NCBI GenBank assembly: GCA_018830295.1 | Contig: JAHJSM010000001.1 | Location: 65,980-129,979, forward strand | DNA length: 64,000 nucleotides | Direction: 5' to 3' | DNA from: Patescibacteria group bacterium | GTDB lineage: Bacteria > Patescibacteriota > Minisyncoccia > Portnoybacterales > UBA2143 | Part shown: positions 27,227 to 35,920 of the stretch, in pieces | How the letters are laid out: each line of letters opens with the position of its first letter | How positions within the stretch are numbered: position 1 is the stretch's first letter | The notes under the pieces: model-generated | What the model was told of the DNA's origin: nothing | The model's input: the letters and a program-made list of their open reading frames with translations, nothing else | Database searches by the model: none | Made by a program: the position numbers and the translations under genes

Positions 27227-27646
27227 CTAATCTTCATCCTCTTCCACCACATCCCCAACTTTGGAGGAACGGAACCTTGCCATAGGGTTGAACTGCCAAA
27301 ACTTTTTCCACGACCTCGCGCCGCGAATTTCTTTTGTTTCTTTTTTATGAGTGTATTGCCTGATTTTTCTCCTTAATTCATCTTTGACCAAATCAACCGC
27401 CGCGTGGAGCGAATGCCCTGTTTCCTCCGCCCGCAAAAGTTTCCCGCCAAGATTTAAATTTACTTCCGCCCTGAAAATCTCGCCCTGTCTCTGCCCTTTC
27501 TTGATTCTCCCGACCTCTACTCTCGCTTCCACTGTTTCGGGGTCAAATTTCCCCAAAAGTTTCTCCAGCCCGCCAATTTTCTCCTCGATGTATTGATTAA
27601 CACTTTGAGAAATATCCACATCTTTTGTCTTAATAATTATTTTCAT
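27227..27646 (-). CDS. hpf: ribosome hibernation promoting factor (HPF/RaiA family)
   Basis: 139 aa. MKIIIKTKDVDISQSVNQYIEEKIGGLEKL...VEVG...GEIFRAEVNLNLGGKLLRAEE...LHAAVDLVKDELRRKIRQY is present, followed by an acidic C-terminal tail. Confidence 0.75.
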   Translation of the reverse strand: MKIIIKTKDVDISQSVNQYIEEKIGGLEKLLGKFDPETVEARVEVGRIKKGQRQGEIFRAEVNLNLGGKLLRAEETGHSLHAAVDLVKDELRRKIRQYTHKKETKEIRGARSWKKFWQFNPMARFRSSKVGDVVEEDED

Positions 27647-27706
27647 AAAATTATATTGCTTATATCTTCATTTTAACAGATATATAAATTAACGCAAACC
27701 GCATTA

Positions 27707-27943
27707 TTATTTGTATGTATTATCAGATCGTCTTTCCACAGTCAAAAGAGTTATTTTTCTGTCTTGAACTCTATATATAATTCTAATATCGCCCCTTCTA
27801 ATTCTATACACATCGCGCCGCGTTTTTAATTTTTTGATTTTCAAGTCCTCAAAATCGCCTTTTTTAATTTTTTCTAAAATTACCTTAATCGCTTTTCGCT
27901 CTTTGGCAGAAAATTTTTTTAGCGCTTTGGCGATTTTATCCAT
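27707..27943 (-). CDS. RelE/ParE-family toxin
   Basis: 78 aa. YRIRRGDIRIIYRVQDRKITLLTVERR matches the RelE/ParE core. Confidence 0.65.
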   Translation of the reverse strand: MDKIAKALKKFSAKERKAIKVILEKIKKGDFEDLKIKKLKTRRDVYRIRRGDIRIIYRVQDRKITLLTVERRSDNTYK

Positions 27944-27946
27944 ATC

Positions 27947-28174
27947 TTATAAGCGGGATATTACATCATCAATATCAACGCCGCCTTTTTTAATTTTAGT
28001 AAAATCAACTACCTCTTCCCATTTCGCGCTTTTCTCAATTGGGCAAATTCTAAATAAAGGTTTTGACCTTTTGAAAATAATAAAAGAAGCGCCTTTTGCC
28101 ACCTTTTTAGCGTATTTAGGCATATTCACACGCAATTCTTTTAAATTTATAATATTTTCCATAAATTTTAACAA
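27947..28174 (-). CDS. Phd/YefM-like antitoxin
   Basis: 75 aa. LRVNMPKYAKKVAKGASFIIFKRSKPLFRICP resembles the Phd/YefM N-terminus. It lies directly upstream of the RelE-like toxin with a 3 nt gap. Confidence 0.5.
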   Translation of the reverse strand: MLKFMENIINLKELRVNMPKYAKKVAKGASFIIFKRSKPLFRICPIEKSAKWEEVVDFTKIKKGGVDIDDVISRL

Positions 28175-28238
28175 GTTTAAAGATTAACTAAAGTTTAACA
28201 AAAGATAATCTATGCGTCAAGGGTAGTGTTATCTATTA

Positions 28239-29018
28239 TCAAAACCCCACTCTCTCTATCTCTTCTTTTAAATCCAAACCGAATTTTTTCTTAACTTCTG
28301 TTTTCGCCAAAGCGATGAGCGCCGCGATATCTTTCGCTCGCGCGCCTCCAAGGTTGATAATGAAATTAGCGTGCTTTTTTGAAATCTCCGCTTCGCCCAT
28401 TCGCTCTCCTTTCAGCCCGCAATCATCAATCAGTTTTCCCGCGAAGCGCCCCGGCGGATTTTTAAAAATGCATCCCGCCGAAGGATAATTCAACGGCTGC
28501 GTTTCTTTTCTTTTTATAAAATATTCTCTAATTAATTTTTCGCTTTTTTCTTTGTCGCCTTTTTTTAATTCTAATTCAACCGAAAAAATAATATTGTCTT
28601 CTTTTTCAATATTTTTAACTAATTGAGAAATATCCGAACCAAAAGCATGCGCGTTAACTTTAACCGCTCCGCCAATTGTTCCTGGAATGCCAACAGCCCA
28701 TTCCAGCCCCGTCAAACCATTTTCCACGGACAACCTGACTAAATCGGATAATTTAACCCCTGCCTCACTCTTAATTATATTTTTACTCACTCTTCGCTGT
28801 TCATTGTTCGCCAATATCACCGTCCCATCAAACCCCTCGTCGCTCACCAAAAGGTTGCTCCCGCCGCCTAAAATAAAAAAAGGCAGTCCTTTCTCCTTCG
28901 CAAAGAAGACCGCCCTAACCAAATCGTCCTTATCCCGCGCGTCAAAAAAATACCTCGCCGCCCCGCCAACTCGAAACGAAGTCTGCCCCGCCAAAGAAAC
29001 ATTTTCTTGAATTTTCAT
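28239..29018 (-). CDS. murB: UDP-N-acetylenolpyruvoylglucosamine reductase (short form)
   Basis: 259 aa. TSFRVGGAARYFFDARDKDDLVRAVFFAKEKGLPFFILGGGSNLLVSDEGFDGTVI is an FAD-binding MurB N-domain. Confidence 0.7.
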   Translation of the reverse strand: MKIQENVSLAGQTSFRVGGAARYFFDARDKDDLVRAVFFAKEKGLPFFILGGGSNLLVSDEGFDGTVILANNEQRRVSKNIIKSEAGVKLSDLVRLSVENGLTGLEWAVGIPGTIGGAVKVNAHAFGSDISQLVKNIEKEDNIIFSVELELKKGDKEKSEKLIREYFIKRKETQPLNYPSAGCIFKNPPGRFAGKLIDDCGLKGERMGEAEISKKHANFIINLGGARAKDIAALIALAKTEVKKKFGLDLKEEIERVGF

Positions 29019-29028
29019 AAACGCGCCA

Positions 29029-29049
29029 TTCGGCTATCCGATAGCCGAA
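29029..29049. repeat. REP-A palindrome TTCGGCTATCCGATAGCCGAA
   Basis: Perfect 21 bp palindrome between the metalloprotease gene 3' end and the murB start. Confidence 0.8.
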
Positions 29050-29060
29050 TATTACGGCTA

Positions 29061-30824
29061 CTACCCCTTATACATCACATCCGCGCCTGTTTGGTAGAGG
29101 TCTCTTTCGGATGTGTTGATAATATAAACCATATCCCACAGACGGCCCGTGATGGAAAATTGCTCCGCCGTCATATTGAGCCAGTGTTTCGTTCCATCGC
29201 CGTTGACTTCGTAGACCCTCTTATCTCCGTCAGCCCGTATTAACCAACTCTCTCGATAACCCGACAATTCCTCTCGGCTCACTTCAATGATGCTTTCCCA
29301 ATTCAAATGCCCATAGTAATCAAAAATTTTCGAGTTTTGGATCCATCGCTTGTATCCGCCGTTGATAATATAAACTTTGTAATCGCCCTTCGCCCGAATT
29401 AAACTTCCGTCAGGATAATTAACGATTGGCTCAATAATTTCTTCCTCTTCAATAACCGGAACTTCGCTTTCTGTTACGCTTGAAGCAGTAAAAGAAAAAG
29501 AGACCGACACATCATTACTGCCAAAACCGCTCTTCTTGTATTGATTGAAAGGAATCATCACAACTGACTTGCCTAAACTGCTAAAATTAGGAATGTACGC
29601 TGTTCCTTTTTGATTATTTAGGGAAATAAATTGAACCGTTGACTCCCCGTTTTGGTCCGTCACAATATAGGGCGCTCTAAAATCGCCACGCAATTCCGAA
29701 CCAACAAATTCCAACTTCAAAGTATCGCGATCCGTCGCCTGCGCCGTTCCCTGTTTAAACTCATACCAATACGGCGACCAATCCTTGGAAGAACTACTCC
29801 GCGAAACAATCAAATTTGGGAACCCGCTATAACTCGCCGACTCGTCAACATTCAACCGCTGATAAGTTAAATTCTTATTAAGATAACAATAATCGCCTTC
29901 ACCAATCTCGCAATCGTTCAGATAATTAGCAACTGACCAATCGGCGAAAATATCCGAAAATGTTTCGGAAAAGCCCAAATCAGATAAAGCCGCGCTCACG
30001 CTCGCGATACCAACCTCATTATTAAGCGTCATCCGAGTAATCGCGTTCACCCCGTAATGGTCAACCAAATAATGCAAGAACAGACCAACTGCCCCGTAAT
30101 CCGACACATTGTTTTTCCACTCGCCCAACGGGTCAGAGGGCTCGTCCAAAAATGTATCCACCCGCTCGGCGAGATAACTGCCTTTGTAATTATCATTATA
30201 TCCGCAAACTGTCGGAGCGTATTCCGAACGCGCCTCATTCAACCAGACCTCTTCTTCTATCCCGTATAAAACCGTTTTTTGATAAAACGAAATTAAATGC
30301 TGAAATTCATGCGCCAAAACCGACTTCGCTTTCACATTAAAAATACCAAGCGCGTTAATATAAAACATCTCCCTCTCGTTGGAATTAGAAAATTGCGAAC
30401 GAGGATACTCATCGTTAATCTTAACATAACCACCAGCGCTATTAGTCAATTCACTCACCAAAACCGTAATTCTTTTATCGCCATCAATTCCAGGACTCCA
30501 TTCCGAACCAAAAACCGCTCTTTCTTTTGGATAAATTACCTTATCAAATTCATCGGCCAATTCTTCTAATTTTTCCCTCAACCCATTTTTATCCGTCCCG
30601 CTTAAATTATTCCAATAATAGTTATCAACATAAAAATAAATATTCTCGCCAATCGCCTTAAGCGAAGCCGTCAATTGAGAACGGTCTTGCGCGTCATACC
30701 CAGAATCAACATAAAAATTCACTTGTTCCTCCAAAACCGCCGCGCTCGCTCCCAAAGTGAAAACAAAAAAACCTCCCGCTAACAGGATTGTCAGACCAAA
30801 ATTGTAAATAAATCGCTTCTTCAT
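29061..30824 (-). CDS. secreted HExxH zinc metallopeptidase-like protein with C-terminal tandem ~40 aa repeats
   Basis: 587 aa. The N-terminus is a signal peptide (MKKRFIYNFGLTILLAGGFFVFTLGASA). HEFQH is present. The C-terminal repeats are LIRAKGDYKVYIINGGYKRWIQN and LIRADGDKRVYEVNGDGTKHWLN. Confidence 0.5.
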   Translation of the reverse strand: MKKRFIYNFGLTILLAGGFFVFTLGASAAVLEEQVNFYVDSGYDAQDRSQLTASLKAIGENIYFYVDNYYWNNLSGTDKNGLREKLEELADEFDKVIYPKERAVFGSEWSPGIDGDKRITVLVSELTNSAGGYVKINDEYPRSQFSNSNEREMFYINALGIFNVKAKSVLAHEFQHLISFYQKTVLYGIEEEVWLNEARSEYAPTVCGYNDNYKGSYLAERVDTFLDEPSDPLGEWKNNVSDYGAVGLFLHYLVDHYGVNAITRMTLNNEVGIASVSAALSDLGFSETFSDIFADWSVANYLNDCEIGEGDYCYLNKNLTYQRLNVDESASYSGFPNLIVSRSSSSKDWSPYWYEFKQGTAQATDRDTLKLEFVGSELRGDFRAPYIVTDQNGESTVQFISLNNQKGTAYIPNFSSLGKSVVMIPFNQYKKSGFGSNDVSVSFSFTASSVTESEVPVIEEEEIIEPIVNYPDGSLIRAKGDYKVYIINGGYKRWIQNSKIFDYYGHLNWESIIEVSREELSGYRESWLIRADGDKRVYEVNGDGTKHWLNMTAEQFSITGRLWDMVYIINTSERDLYQTGADVMYKG

Positions 30825-30843
30825 ACAATCATTTTACTCTAAC

Positions 30844-30868
30844 CACCTTGATTTATCAAGCCAAGGTG
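30844..30868. promoter_or_regulatory. nested palindrome CACCTTGATTTATCAAGCCAAGGTG over the putative promoter of the glycan locus
   Basis: The inner palindrome is CTTGAT-TT-ATCAAG and the outer arms are CACCTTG/CAAGGTG. It lies 14 nt upstream of the PGT ATG and overlaps TTGATT-16-TAGAAT. Confidence 0.4.
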
Positions 30869-30881
30869 ATAGAATAAAAAT

Positions 30882-32213
30882 ATGCCAAATATAAAACGAC
30901 TAGCCCTCATCTTAGGCGACATCGCCGTTTTGTACTTATCCCTCTGGTTCACCCTCTTTATTCGCTATGGGATTAGTTTTGATTTTCGTATCTGGCAACA
31001 GCACTTTTGGCCATTCACGATTATTTATCTCCTTTGGCTGACCATTTTCTATATCGCTGGCCTCTATGAATTAACTTTAGCCAGAAACAGTATTGATTTC
31101 TATTCCACTCTCTTGCGAGGAATGCTCATTAACATCGGACTCGCGATCGCCTTTTTTTACTTTATCCCATACTTCGGCATCGCCCCCAAAACAAACCTCT
31201 TTATAAATTTAGCCGTTTTCGCCCTGCTCTTTTCCGGCTGGCGGCAGTTATATAATCATTCCGTCAGAACATTCGCCTTCGCAAGCAATGTTTTAATCAT
31301 TGGCAAAAACAAAGAAATTGACCAAACAATCGCGGTTATTAAAAAAAATCCCCAACTGGGCTACAAAGTCATCAAACACATCGGACCCGAAGACATCCAA
31401 ACGCCCTTTGACCTTCTGGAAATGGCGACGCAAAAAAATATTAAAACAATTATCACGGCGATTGACCCCCACAAAAACAACCGATTAGTCCGAAGTTTGT
31501 ATCAATGCCTCCCTTTAAAAATCAGTTTCAGCGACCTGCCTTCTTTTTACGAAAAAATATTAGGCAAAGTGCCTGTTTCCGGCATCGGCGAAATTTGGTT
31601 TTTGGAAAATTTGACCGAGAGCCGAAAAAATTTCTACGAAGCGTTCAAACGCGTTTGCGATATGAGCGGCGCTTGTATCTTTGGCGCGATTAGTTTAATT
31701 TTTTATCCATTTATCGCCTTAGCGATTAAAATCGACAGCAAAGGACCAGTTTTTTATAAACAAATCAGAACAGGACAAGACGGACAAATTTTCAAAGTAA
31801 TCAAATTTCGTTCCATGATTGAAGAAGCGGAAAAAGACGGCGCCCAGTGGGCTGACCAGCAAGACCACCGCATCACGCGCGTCGGCAAGTTTATGAGAAA
31901 AACCCGCCTGGACGAACTGCCTCAATTGTGGAATGTCCTTGTCGGACAAATGAGTTTTATCGGACCCCGCCCCGAAAGAATAGAATTCGCCCAGCAATTG
32001 GAAAAAGAAATTCCCTACTACCAAATCCGCCACATCGTCAAACCGGGCCTAACCGGCTGGGCGCAAGTCAACTTTCGCTACGGCGCCTCCGTCGCAGACA
32101 GCATGGAAAAACTCCAATACGAACTCTACTACATCAAACACCGCTCCCTCGTCTTGGATTTAAGCATTCTTTTAAGAACGATTAAAATTATTTTGGGAGG
32201 ATTGGGAAGATAA
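30882..32213 (+). CDS. initiating polyprenyl-phosphate sugar-phosphate transferase (WbaP/Bac_transf family)
   Basis: 443 aa. N-terminal TM helices are present. The C-terminal GPVFYKQIRTGQDGQIFKVIKFRSM...DELPQLWNVLVGQMSFIGPRPE matches the bacterial sugar transferase domain. Confidence 0.8.
   Translation: MPNIKRLALILGDIAVLYLSLWFTLFIRYGISFDFRIWQQHFWPFTIIYLLWLTIFYIAGLYELTLARNSIDFYSTLLRGMLINIGLAIAFFYFIPYFGIAPKTNLFINLAVFALLFSGWRQLYNHSVRTFAFASNVLIIGKNKEIDQTIAVIKKNPQLGYKVIKHIGPEDIQTPFDLLEMATQKNIKTIITAIDPHKNNRLVRSLYQCLPLKISFSDLPSFYEKILGKVPVSGIGEIWFLENLTESRKNFYEAFKRVCDMSGACIFGAISLIFYPFIALAIKIDSKGPVFYKQIRTGQDGQIFKVIKFRSMIEEAEKDGAQWADQQDHRITRVGKFMRKTRLDELPQLWNVLVGQMSFIGPRPERIEFAQQLEKEIPYYQIRHIVKPGLTGWAQVNFRYGASVADSMEKLQYELYYIKHRSLVLDLSILLRTIKIILGGLGR
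32172..32211. repeat. 40 bp direct repeat, left copy (TTAAGAACGATTAAAATTATTTTGGGAGGATTGGGAAGAT)
   Basis: Identical at all 40 positions to 33598-33637. It encodes the last 13 codons of the PGT gene. Confidence 0.9.
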
Positions 32214-33597
32214 TCCTGTCCCCTAAATACTTGCAACCAAATCTTATTTATTATACTATAAGCAGTATAATAAATGTAATTATTATACTATGGATAATAT
32301 TATAAAAACAATCTTATACGAATGGCGAGAGCATAAACTTCCAAAAATAATTCGCAGAGAAACAGATTTAACAAAATATCTGAATTTAAAAACGCCTAAA
32401 ATTATAACCATAACCGGATTTAGAAGAGTGGGAAAAACTTATTTAATTTTTGATTTAATTGAAGAATTGTTAAAAACTCACCATAAAGAGGAAGTCGTTT
32501 ATATTAATTTTGAAGACGAGAGAATTCCAAGCGATATAAAAGTTCTAACACAATTAATCCCAACAATCAATGAAACATACAACCACACTACTAAATACTT
32601 ATTTTTAGATGAAATACAAAATATTCCAAACTGGAGCCAGTGGGTCAGACGAATTTATGATCAAGAAAATATAAAAATATTTATAACTGGTTCTTCGTCT
32701 AAATTATCATCAAAAGAGATTCCCACTGAATTAAGGGGTCGATGTATTGAAAAAACCATTATGCCATTGTCTTTTAGGGAATTTTTGCTTTTCAAGAACA
32801 TTAAAATAGACCTTGCGTCCCTTCCTTATTTAGACAAAGAAAAATCAAAAACCAATAAAGCATTAGAAGAATATCTTTATTATGGAGGACTGCCCGAAAT
32901 TGTATTAACAAGCAAGGAACATAAATTTGAAATTTTGCAGCAATATTATAAAACGGTGATAAGCCAAGACATAATGGACCGATTTAAAATAAAAAACGAA
33001 ACAATGTTAAAAGCGCTTTTAATGCTTCTTTTGAATTCCACGATTTATTCTATAAGTAAAATATACAAAACACTAAGAAGCGCTGGGCATAAAATAGGTC
33101 CAACCACTGTAATGAAATATATCTCATATATAGAAAATTCTTATTTTTTAAACAATCTTTTTATTTTTTCATACACAGTCAAAGACCGCCTTCAATATCC
33201 TAAAAAAATATATTTTATTGACAACGGTTTTATAAACGCGCTATCTTCAACTTTTTCTAAAAACACCGGGAGATTATTTGAAAATATTGTTTTTAATAAA
33301 ATAAAAAGCGAATTAAAAATTAATGAAGAATTGTTCTATTGGCAAGATAAAAGGCAAAAAGAAGTTGATTTTGTTGTTAAAAAGGGAAACAAAATAATAA
33401 ATTTAATCCAAGTATCGTCTAATTTAGATAATATCGGAACAAAAGAAAGGGAAATAAATAACCTTCTTAAAGCCGATAAAGAATTGAATTGCAATAATTT
33501 AACAATAATTAACAAAGACATAGACAGCAAGGAAAAAATAGGCGGTCAAACAATAAAATTTACTCCGCTTTATAAATTCTTGTTAGAATAAAACAAA
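32212..33597 (+). mobile_element. 1.39 kb insertion carrying a single DUF4143 AAA ATPase gene, bounded by the 40 bp direct repeats
   Basis: Deleting one repeat copy and the intervening segment would give a PGT stop overlapping the GT2 ATG (ATGA), with the GGGAGG Shine-Dalgarno intact. No recombinase gene lies in the segment. Confidence 0.45.
32290..33591 (+). CDS. AAA+ ATPase of the DUF4143/COG1373 family (second copy)
   Basis: 433 aa. Walker A ITGFRRVGKTYLI and Walker B YLFLDEIQ are present. It is divergent from 7993..9204. Confidence 0.6.
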   Translation: MDNIIKTILYEWREHKLPKIIRRETDLTKYLNLKTPKIITITGFRRVGKTYLIFDLIEELLKTHHKEEVVYINFEDERIPSDIKVLTQLIPTINETYNHTTKYLFLDEIQNIPNWSQWVRRIYDQENIKIFITGSSSKLSSKEIPTELRGRCIEKTIMPLSFREFLLFKNIKIDLASLPYLDKEKSKTNKALEEYLYYGGLPEIVLTSKEHKFEILQQYYKTVISQDIMDRFKIKNETMLKALLMLLLNSTIYSISKIYKTLRSAGHKIGPTTVMKYISYIENSYFLNNLFIFSYTVKDRLQYPKKIYFIDNGFINALSSTFSKNTGRLFENIVFNKIKSELKINEELFYWQDKRQKEVDFVVKKGNKIINLIQVSSNLDNIGTKEREINNLLKADKELNCNNLTIINKDIDSKEKIGGQTIKFTPLYKFLLE

Positions 33598-33637
33598 TTA
33601 AGAACGATTAAAATTATTTTGGGAGGATTGGGAAGAT
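33598..33637. repeat. 40 bp direct repeat, right copy
   Basis: Identical to 32172-32211. It supplies the RBS and the first two nucleotides of the GT2 start codon at 33636. Confidence 0.9.
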
Positions 33638-34502
33638 GAAAAAAATATCAGTCGTTATACCAGTTTACAATGAAGCGACAACCGTTGAAAAGGTGATTCA
33701 AGACCTGCGGTTGGTTTTGAGCGCGACTGCTGTTGATTATGAAATCATAGCCGTTGACGACGCCTCAAAAGACCAAAGCGGCGACATTCTTGAACAAATA
33801 AAAGACATTACTGTTATCCGCCATTCCGAAAATCAGGGCTATGGAGCGTCAATCAAAACCGGCGCTAAATCGGCGACCGGCGAATATATTTTGATTATTG
33901 ACGGCGACGCGACCTACCCCACCGAAGCCATTCCACGAATGATTGAACATATTGACCATTACGATCTGGTTTCTGGAGAACGCCGCGGGAAAAACTTTGA
34001 CGCGCGCTGGCTGTATTTGCAAAGAGTCGGAAAATTTGTTTTAAGAATGATTGCCAGTTATATCACACAACATAAAATCCCCGATATCAATTGCGGTTTA
34101 AGAATCTACAGAAAAGAAACATTTGATAAATTCCTATATTTATATCCAAATCAATTTTCCCTCACCACCACTTCATTGGTCGCCTTTTTGTCTAACAACT
34201 ATCGGGTTAAATTTATCCCGATTGATTATCATAAAAGAACTGGCAAATCAACGCTTAAGCCCCTCAAAAGTTTCGGACAATTTATCGGTCTACTTTTGAA
34301 AATTTCCCTTTTCTTCAAACCAATCAGAATTTTTCTACCGTTGAGCATGCTCTTGTTGTTGTCGGCCATATCAATCGCTTTCTATAGTTTATATTTCCAA
34401 GATATTTTTTACGACACAACAACCATTCTTCTCGCGACAACCGCCCTCCAAACCTTTTTCTTCGGCCTCTTGGCTGAAATCATCGTTCATAACCGCAGAT
34501 AA
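33636..34502 (+). CDS. GT2 glycosyltransferase, polyprenyl-phosphate sugar synthase-like (DPM1/GtrB/ArnC type) with C-terminal TM helices
   Basis: 288 aa. ISVVIPVYNEATTVEKV...YEIIAVDDASKDQS is present, with the DxD region at IIDGDATYP and two C-terminal TM segments. Confidence 0.7.
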   Translation: MKKISVVIPVYNEATTVEKVIQDLRLVLSATAVDYEIIAVDDASKDQSGDILEQIKDITVIRHSENQGYGASIKTGAKSATGEYILIIDGDATYPTEAIPRMIEHIDHYDLVSGERRGKNFDARWLYLQRVGKFVLRMIASYITQHKIPDINCGLRIYRKETFDKFLYLYPNQFSLTTTSLVAFLSNNYRVKFIPIDYHKRTGKSTLKPLKSFGQFIGLLLKISLFFKPIRIFLPLSMLLLLSAISIAFYSLYFQDIFYDTTTILLATTALQTFFFGLLAEIIVHNRR

Positions 34503-34507
34503 ACTCC

Positions 34508-35920
34508 ATGAAAATCCTGTTAATTAATCCTCCAACTTTTAATATGCTTCCAACAATGCTTCCCCGCTCTGTTGATGAAGCCCGCGGATACAATCCCCCT
34601 TTGGGGCTTTTATATTTAGCCGCCTATCTGCAAAAAAACAGCGAACACCAGGTTGAGATACTTGACTGCCAGGTGGAAGAATTGAATTACAAACAGATAG
34701 AAGAAAAAATAAAAGAAAACGCCCCAGACGCTATTGGATTAACCACGATGACTTTTACTTTGATTGATGTTCTTAATATCGTTAAAATAGCGAAAAAAAT
34801 AAATCCCGAAATCAAAACAATCTTAGGCGGTCCGCATGTTGATATTTATCCCGAAGAAACAATCAATCAACCCGGTGTTGATTATTTGGTTTTAGGAGAA
34901 GGTGAAAAACCATTAAAGGGCTTGCTGGATAATATAAATTCTCTTAATAATTTACGGCAAGTTAAAGGCGTTGTTTTTAAGGATAATAATAAAATAGTTA
35001 ATACCGGACGAGCTGAATTAAATCAAGATTTAGATTCCCTGCCTTTCCCCGCCCGCCGCTTAACACCCTACCAAAAATATTCTTCTGTTCTAAGCAAAGT
35101 CAGCCCCGTCACAACCATGTTTACTTCGCGAGGATGCCCTTACAAGTGCCTCTTCTGCGACCGCCCTCATTTAGGAAAATTTTTCAGAGCCCGTTCCGCT
35201 AAAAATGTGGTTGATGAAATGGAAGAATGTCAAAAAATGGGCATCAAAGAAATACTTATCTACGACGACACTTTTACCGTCAAACGGCAAAGGGTCATAG
35301 ATATTTGTTTAGAAATTCAAAAAAGAAATTTGAAAATAGATTGGGATGTCCGCGCTAGAGTGGACACAGTAGACAAAGAACTTCTTGAAATAATGAAAGA
35401 TAGCGGCTGCCAAAGAATTCATTATGGCGTAGAAGCGGGCACCCAAAAAATCCTTAATGTTTTAAGAAAAGGAATTACTTTAGAACAGGTTGAAAAAGCA
35501 TTCAAGTTGAGTAGAAAAATCGGACTTGAAACCCTCGCCTATTTTATGATTGGCTCGCCGACCGAGACAAAAGAAGATATTTTAGAAACAATTAAATTTG
35601 CCAAAAAAATTAATCCTGATTTTACCCACATTACCATTACCACCCCCTTCCCCGCCACCGATTTATATCGCATGGGGCTAGAACAAAAGATTTGGCCTAA
35701 TGACCACTGGCAAAAATTCGCCGAACGCCCGCGCGCCGATTTTCTCCCCCCTGTTTGGGAAAAAAATCTGAATAAAGAAGAACTGGTCTCGCTCAACCAA
35801 AAAGCGTATCGCGCTTTTTACTTCCGACCAAAATACCTTCTCAAAAGATTATTTAAACTAACATCCCTTGAGGAATTAAAAAGAAAAAGCAAAGCCGCCT
35901 GGGGAATGCTAAAAATATAA
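34508..35920 (+). CDS. B12-binding-domain radical SAM protein (class B), copy 1
   Basis: 470 aa. An N-terminal Rossmann-like B12-binding region is present (ILLINPP...GLLYLAAYL...ILGGPH). The cluster motif is TSRGCPYKCLFC (C-x3-C-x2-C). Confidence 0.7.
   Translation: MKILLINPPTFNMLPTMLPRSVDEARGYNPPLGLLYLAAYLQKNSEHQVEILDCQVEELNYKQIEEKIKENAPDAIGLTTMTFTLIDVLNIVKIAKKINPEIKTILGGPHVDIYPEETINQPGVDYLVLGEGEKPLKGLLDNINSLNNLRQVKGVVFKDNNKIVNTGRAELNQDLDSLPFPARRLTPYQKYSSVLSKVSPVTTMFTSRGCPYKCLFCDRPHLGKFFRARSAKNVVDEMEECQKMGIKEILIYDDTFTVKRQRVIDICLEIQKRNLKIDWDVRARVDTVDKELLEIMKDSGCQRIHYGVEAGTQKILNVLRKGITLEQVEKAFKLSRKIGLETLAYFMIGSPTETKEDILETIKFAKKINPDFTHITITTPFPATDLYRMGLEQKIWPNDHWQKFAERPRADFLPPVWEKNLNKEELVSLNQKAYRAFYFRPKYLLKRLFKLTSLEELKRKSKAAWGMLKI

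Noticed and set aside
29007-29243. 78 aa plus-strand ORF beginning over the REP-A element (MNFHKRAIRLSDSRILRL)
   Set aside because: It is created by the palindrome and lies antisense to the 3' end of the metalloprotease gene. It is spurious.
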